Below, one piece after another: positions 57,541 through 64,000 of a stretch of DNA of 64,000 bases. The translations under genes were made by a program, and so were the position numbers. Source of the stretch: Macrostomum lignano (taxonomy: Eukaryota). The stretch's first letter is position 1, and every line of letters begins with the position of its first letter. The stretch spans positions 172,412-236,411 of the forward strand of contig NIVC01001563.1 in assembly GCA_002269645.1 (NCBI GenBank), written 5' to 3'. The notes beneath the pieces were generated by a model. It had not been told where the DNA came from. It searched no databases and saw nothing but the letters and a program-made list of their open reading frames with translations.

Positions 57541-60500
57541 GCAGCAGCGATGTTTCCTTTGGTCAGATTTGGCAGGACTGCAGCGGCTACAACTCGACTC
57601 TGCTGCTTCGGTTCGAGTCGGCCCTGACCGAGGTACACGGCTACCTGAGCTCCGCCATCTGCATAGTCGGCCTGCTGCTCAACTGCGCCGTGATCTCCAC
57701 CCTCACCCGGCCGGGCATGCGCAACCCCTTCAACCTGATCCTCATCGGCATAGCCGTCAGCGACATGCTGAAGATGGCCACCTACACCTACTACGCCATG
57801 TATCTGTACATCGCCACCAAGCCCGCGCCCGGCACCGGGCACTCCAGGCTGGGCATCCAGCTCATCCTGGTGCACAACGTGCTGTCAATCACCAGTCACA
57901 TGGTCGGCACTCTGCTGACGGTGGCGCTGGCCTTCTTCCGCTTCGTGGTGGTGTACTTTCCAGCCGACGGGCCCGCCTGGTGCAGCATGCGGCGCGTGCG
58001 GCACTGCATGCTGGTCGTCGGAGCGATTTCCCTGCTGGCCACGCTGCCGAACTCCTTCATGTTCCGGCTGCACAATCTCGGCCAGAACGGCACTAACAGC
58101 TGGTGGTTCGAGGTGAAGCCCTGGGTGATGCGGGCGCACATGGAGACGCTGAATATGTACATCTACGGCATTCTGGCCAAAATCTGCAGCTCAGTGCTCA
58201 ACTGCATCTTCAGTGGGATCCTGCTCTACACGCTGAGACAGGTACCACAATGTTCTGAGCTATTCTGGAACTCACTGCTCTACTGCTCACTACTCAGAAC
58301 TCACCTAATCTATTCTCACCCTGTCCCACCTCTGTCTGATCTATTCTCACCCTGTCCCACCTGTCTGATCTATTCTCCCCCTGCCCCACCTCTGTCTGAT
58401 GATCTATTCTCACCCTGTCCCACCCTCTGTCTGATCTATTCTCACCCCTGTTCATCTTTGCCTGATCTATTCTCACCCTGTCACCCCTCTGCCTGATTTA
58501 TTCGTACCCTCTGTCTTCTTCTCTCTGATCTATTCTCACCCCGTCACCCCTCTGCCTGATCTATTCGTACCCTCTGTCTACTTCTCTCTGATCTATTCTC
58601 ACCCCGTCACCCTCTGCCTGATGTATTCGTACCCTCTGTCTACTTCTCTCTGATCTATTCTCACCCCGTCACCCCTCTGCCTGATCTATTCGTACCCTCT
58701 GTCTACTTCTCTCTGATCTATTCTCACCCCGTCACCCCTCTGCCTGATCTATTCGTACCCTCTGTCTTCTTCTCTCTGATCTATTCTCACCCTGTCACCC
58801 CTCTGCCTGATCTATTCGTACCCTCTGTCTACTTCTCTCTGATCTATTCTCACCCCGTCACCCCTCTGCCTGATCTATTCGTACCCTCTGTCTACTTCTC
58901 TCTGATCTATTCTCACCCCGTCACCCCTCTGCCTGATCTATTCGTACCCTCTGTCTTCTTCTCTCTGATCTATTCTCACCCTGTCACCCCTCTGCCTGAT
59001 CTATTCGTACCCTCTGTCTACTTCTCTCTGATCTATTCTCACCCCGTCACCCTCTGCCTTATCTATTCGTACCCTCTGTCTTCTTCTCTCTGATCTATTC
59101 TCACCCGTCACCCCTCTGCCTGATCTATTCGTACCCTCTGTCTTCTTCTCTCTTATCTATTCTCACCCTGTCACCCCTCTGCCTGATCTATTTGTACCCT
59201 CTGTCTACTTCTCTCTGATCTATTCTCACCCCGTCACCCCTCTGCCTGATCTATTCGTACCCTCTGTCTACTTCTCTCTGATCTATTCTCACCCTGTCAC
59301 CCCTCTTCCTGATCTATTCGTACCCTCTGTCTACTTCTCTCTGATCTATTCTCACCCTGTCACCCCTCTGCCTGATCTATTCGTACCCTCTGTCTACTTC
59401 TCTCTGATCTATTCTCACCCGTCACCCCTCTGCCTGATCTATTCGTACCCTCTGTCTTCTTCTCTCTGATCTATTCTCACCCCGTCACCCCTCTGCCTGA
59501 TCTATTCGTACCCTCTGTCTTCTTCTCTCTGATCTATTCTCACCCCGTCACCCCTCTGCCTGATCTATTCGTACCCTCTGTCTACTTCTCTCTGATCTAT
59601 TCTCACCCCGTCACCCCTCTGCCTGATCTATTCGTACCCTCTGTCTTCTTCTCTCTGATCTATTCTCACCCTGTCACCCCTCTGCCTGATCTATTCGTAC
59701 CCTCTGTCTTCTTCTCTCTGATCTATCATTTTCAGGTTTTCACCAATCCATTCTCATCTGAATTTTCTTCCTCAGCCTTGCCCTTTCGATTTCAGCTGCC
59801 CCCCGGCCCAAAATAAATTTGTTGTGCAGACAGCCGGGCCCGCTGTGCACACCTGTGCATATTTTTCATCAATTCGTTAATCCACATATTTAGCTAATCC
59901 TCTCTGGCATGCCAGACTGTTTCAAAAAAGATTGACAGCAAATTGGGCGGCCCCCAAAACAAGGAGACGACGAATTCAATCGTCCCAGCTGACGCTCTCA
60001 CCTGGCCGTTGACCCCCCCCCCCGATTGCCCCCAGCCTCCCCGCAAGGGGTGCGCGCGCACTTCATCGGCTCGCCTATTGATGCCCTATATGATAAGCGG
60101 GGTCGCTCACGCTATCCTCATCCCCGCCCAGGCAGCTGGCTACAGCAGCAGCCGCAGCAAATCTGGGAATCCCCAAATCCCTGTCGGCAGTTGAGCATTC
60201 GACGTTGAGAGCCCATTTTAAAATATTCCGCAGCTCAGAAAATAAGTTTTCGACTGTCCGGAGGCTTGACAGGAAGAGAGGAATTCTCAATTTCCCCAGG
60301 GAGAAAACTGGAGCTCGAGGCTCGAGGGAAGCGCAGGACGGGACACAGGGACTCAGCCTCGCGCTCAATGCTGCTGTACCCGCCGATAGCGCTGACCGAC
60401 AGAGCAAAATGGCCACCGCAATTTAACAGTTGAACTGCGCGATTTCCGACATTGGGTGTCTCAGCCCCTCCCGCACATTGCAGAGGTGTCTCAGCCCCTC

Positions 60501-63500
60501 CCGCACATTGCAGAGGTGTCTCAGCCCCTCCCGCACATTGCAGAGGTGTCTCAGCCCCTCCCGCACATTGCAGAGGTGTCTCAGCCCCTCCCGCACATTG
60601 CAGAGGTGTCTCAGCCCCTCCCGCACATTGCAGAGGTGTCTCAGCCCCTCCCAAGCATTGCAGTGGTGTCTCAGCCCCTCCCAAGCATTGCAGTGGTGTC
60701 TCAGCCCCTCCCGCACATTGCAGAGGTGTCTCAGCCCCTCCCGCACATTGCAGAGGTGTCTCAGCCCCTCCCAAGCATTGCAGTGGTGTCTCAGCCCCTC
60801 CCGCAGATTGCAGAGGTGTCTCAGCCCCTCCTGCACATTGCAGAGGTGTCTCAGCCCTCCCGCACATTGCAGAGGTGTCTCAGCCCCTCCCGCACATTGC
60901 AGAGGTGTCTCAGCCCCTCCCGCACATTGCAGAGGTGTCTCAGCCCCTCCCAAGCATTGCAGTGGTGTCTCAGCCCCTCCCGCAGATTGCAGAGGTGTCT
61001 CAGCCCCTCCCGCAGATTGCAGAGGTGTCTCAGCCCTCCTGCACATTGCAGAGGTGTCTCAGCCCCTCCCGCACATTGCAGTGGTGTCTCAGCCCCTCCC
61101 GCACATTGCAGAGGTGTCTCAGCCCCTCCTGCACATTGCAGAGGTGTCTCAGCCCCTCCCGCACATTGCAGAGGTGTCTCAGCCCCTCCCGCACATTGCA
61201 GTGGTGTCTCAGCCCCTCCCGCACATTGCAGAGGTGTCTCAGCCCCTCCCGCACATTGCAGAGGTGTCTCAGCCCCTCCTGCACATTGCAGAGGTGTCTC
61301 AGCCCCTCCCGCACATTGCAGAGGTGTCTCAGCCCCTCCCGCACATTGCAGTGGTGTCTCAGCCCCTCCCGCACATTGCAGAGGTGTCTCAGCCCCTCCC
61401 GCACATTGCAGAGGTGTCTCAGCCCCTCCTGCACATTGCAGAGGTGTCTCAGCCTTGAGTTTAGCGAGCCCGACTGGAACGCCTACTAGAAGACGGGAAG
61501 GGCATATCGTGATACTTGAATCAATTCTTTTGAAACTGGATCCCCTAGGGGATGCACACGGCAGCAGTTGAGAGGAGACTGAAGACATCTCTCTGAGCTG
61601 GAATGAGAATAGCAGCCAGACCAACTAGTCTAAAAGTCGGAGTCGCACGAAATGCGGACTCAAAAAAAACTTTTGCTTGAGTGGGAGTTATAGGACTCAG
61701 AAATGTGCAAAAGAGGCTGAGACTGGCTTTGAAAGAAGGGCTGGGAAGACCGGCTCGACACCCCCTCCAGCTTAAGTTCGGGAAATATGAGTTGGCACTG
61801 ACTCTTTTATTAGCTTAATGGGCCAAGTAAAGGATCACGCAGGAATGGATAAATTATTAAAAGCAGAGAGATAACCGAAATTTGCGAGGGCAGCCACTTT
61901 CATTTTGGATTAGGGTCCAGGATATGGCTTAGGTTATATGTTTAGGTTGGGGTTTCAGTTATTCTTTGATTAGAGGCAGGGGGGTTGTGTGCACCCTGGC
62001 GCACTTTAAGCGACATTGTCACACAACCGGCGAGAGGCATTACTGCCCATTCCGCGACTCCTCTGAGCAGGCACACACTCACACAGGAGTGTACAGCGGC
62101 CCTAACTTTATTTATCGTTAGGCATGTACACTTCACTGTGCCTTGGGAGGTTGGCTCTCAAGGCCGTTAATTGCAAGAGCAGAGCCAAGCCGAGATTCCA
62201 ATTCAGCCCCAAATTAATGCGACTGCACTTGGAATCGAGCCTGGGTTGCTGGTACACCAGAGCGCCGCGCTCGGCCACTGGGCTACGGGCTCCCCCTAAG
62301 GTTTAGGCTATGTTGAATTTAGGGTTAGGGATTAGCGTTAAGGTTCGGCAGTAAATGGTCTTTGCGAACTAGCTGACAAAGATTGAATAGGAAAAATATA
62401 AAAGATGTAATCAAGGATTACAAAGAAGCAAAAGAAGAAATTGATAAAAAATTAGAAAGATTAGCAAGCAGGTTTTAGGTGTCGGCAACTTAGCGCAGCA
62501 AACGTGTTTCGCCGGAAAAGTGTGGGAGATCAAAGCATTCAGCTGGCTATCAGCAGGCACTGACTTGATAATTTCATCACTCTACCCGTGCGCAACCAAG
62601 TTAAGCAGGTTGCAATCGCTTACTGAGGCTCCTGGGTTTTTTAGGCGGGGGGTTGGGGCTCCCCGGCCCAGCGACACGGGAAAAGGAACTGGCGAGGCTG
62701 CAGCAGGATCGATGGAGGAGGCCCGGCTGTCCGTGCGGCCTGACGCAGATTGAAGCGGACTGTCGGGAATCCGAAGCAACCGGCTGAGGGGGAGGGGTTG
62801 CGACTGGAAGCATAAAAAATGGAATGCCAGTGGAAAAATGACAAACTAATTTTTTATTGCCGGGCAGAGCTGGGACTGCGAATTCCTTCTTTTGGCTAAG
62901 TTTAACGCGACAGAAATCAAACTACAGGCTAAAGTACTTTTAAAATTTGTTTAACTTCTGCCGGGGAGGCAATCCTGCAAGTTAACTTAAAGTGTGGGAT
63001 CCTGTAGAAGGGAGCTGGGAGATTCAGTGTGGGATCCTGTAGAAGGGAGCTGGGAGATTCAGTGTGGATCCTGTAGAAGGGAGCTGGGAGATTCGGTGTG
63101 GGATCCTGTAGAAGGGAGCTGGGAGATTCAGTGTGGGATCCTGTAGAAGGGAGCTGGAGATTCGGTGTGGGATCCTGTAGAAGGGAACTGGGAGATTCGG
63201 TGTGGGATCCTGTAGAAGGGAGCTGGGAGATTCGGTGTGGGATCCTGTAGAAGGGGCTGGGAGATTCGGTGTGGGATCCTGTAGAAGGGAACTGGGAGAT
63301 TCGGTGTGGGATCCTGTAGAAGGGAGCTGGGAGATTCGGTGTGGGATCCTGTAGAAGGGAACTGGGAGATTCGGTGTGGGATCCTGTAGAAGGGAGCTGG
63401 GAGATTCGGTGTGGGATCCTGTAGAAGGGAGCTGGGAGATTCAGTGTGGGATCCTGTAGAAGGGAGCGGTGGAGATTCAGTGTGGGATCCTGTAGAAGGG

Positions 63501-64000
63501 AGCTGGGAGATTCGGTGTGGGATCCTGTAGAGGGAACTGGGAGATTCGGTGTGGGATCTGTAGATAGGGAGCTGGGAGATTCGGTGTGGGATCCTGTAGA
63601 AGGGAGCTGGGAGATTCAGTGTGGATCCTGTAGAAGGGAGCTGGGAGATTCAGTGTGGGATTTGTGTAAGGTGACTGGGAGACTGCTTTCTCACACCTGA
63701 GGGAATCCACAGGCGATGCAGGATGCTGGCTTGATGCCCGGCCTATACGCCCAACCCCCAACAGATCGCGAACCGCCGCAGACGGCTGAAGTCGAACAAT
63801 AAGCAGGCAGCCGGTCAGCAGCCGAGAAGCGCACCGGTTCCGTGAGCACACTCGCACCACCGTCCTGCTGGTTGCTGTGGTGGCCACCTTCACCGTCACG
63901 GAATTTCCTCAGGGCTGCCTCAACCTGGCGGCCGCAGCGGACATCTGCGTCCTGGAGACAGTCTAACCGGCAGCTGGGCAACCTCATGGACCTGCTGGTG
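57498..64000 (+). CDS. Myosuppressin-receptor-like (DMSR/Srw-type) peptide GPCR; exon 2 apparently frameshifted; 3' end outside the window
   Basis: Exon 57498-58241 covers TM1-TM5 (VHGYLSSAIC, MRNPFNLILIGIAVSD, LAFFR); phase-0 donor at 58242. Exon from about 63765 has IANRRRRLK, EHTRTTVLLVAVVATFTVTEFPQG and RQLGNLMDLLV in three different frames, with TAA at 63964. Confidence 0.75.
58300..59725. repeat. 63-bp higher-order minisatellite (31+32-bp related subunits), pyrimidine-rich, in the GPCR intron
   Basis: Unit tctattctcaccccgtcacccctctgcctga+tctattcgtaccctctgtctacttctctctga. Confidence 0.95.
60455..61455. repeat. 30-bp minisatellite, about 33 copies
   Basis: Unit cacattgcagaggtgtctcagcccctcccg; explains the GGAETPLQC/VSQPLPHIAE ORFs. 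Confidence 0.97.
61970..62294 (-). mobile_element. tRNA-derived SINE, near full length
   Basis: Minus strand GGGAGCCCG-TAGCCCAGTGG (A box, 62285-62275)...GGCTCGATTCC (B box, 62241-62231), followed by a body shared with 47107-47367. Confidence 0.8.
62993..63662. repeat. 35-bp minisatellite, about 19 copies
   Basis: Unit tgtgggatcctgtagaagggagctgggagattcgg, with scattered 1-bp deletions. Confidence 0.96.

Noticed and set aside
59725-59745. ttttcag|gt after a 1.4-kb AG-free pyrimidine array, resembling a recursive splice site
   Set aside because: The regenerated donor GTTTTC is weak and no exon follows; no evidence beyond sequence appearance.
60235-61624. Multiple Cys-rich overlapping ORFs
   Set aside because: All derive from the 30-bp intronic minisatellite.

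Overview
Eukaryotic (animal) genomic DNA with GC-rich exons and introns packed with micro- and minisatellites. The style suggests a free-living flatworm such as Macrostomum; this is inference only. I could join exons at GT-AG sites with matching phases for: an SLC25A39/40-like mitochondrial carrier (-, 3 coding exons), two intronless class-A GPCR paralogues (-) flanking a vWA + alpha-kinase gene (+, 3 exons), an intronless MFSD2-like transporter (+), a BET bromodomain protein (+, 3 exons), a DEG/ENaC channel with atypical gating/pore motifs (+, 4 exons), and a myosuppressin-receptor-like GPCR (+) whose second exon has frameshifts and runs off the window. Mobile DNA includes a full-length Ty3/Gypsy element (225-bp LTRs, 5-bp TSD, one open gag-pol ORF) inside a minisatellite, a hAT MITE with TSD, two copies of a tRNA-derived SINE, a decayed RTE-like LINE, a Tc1-like end, a foldback-like array and about 20 tandem arrays. 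Best leads: complementary repeat arrays at the two ends of a DEG/ENaC intron, the vWA-alpha-kinase, a sharply bounded near-identity tract between the two GPCRs, the non-canonical DEG/ENaC pore, and over-represented TA-flanked motifs resembling transposon excision footprints. Counts and identities are by eye; no searches were run.
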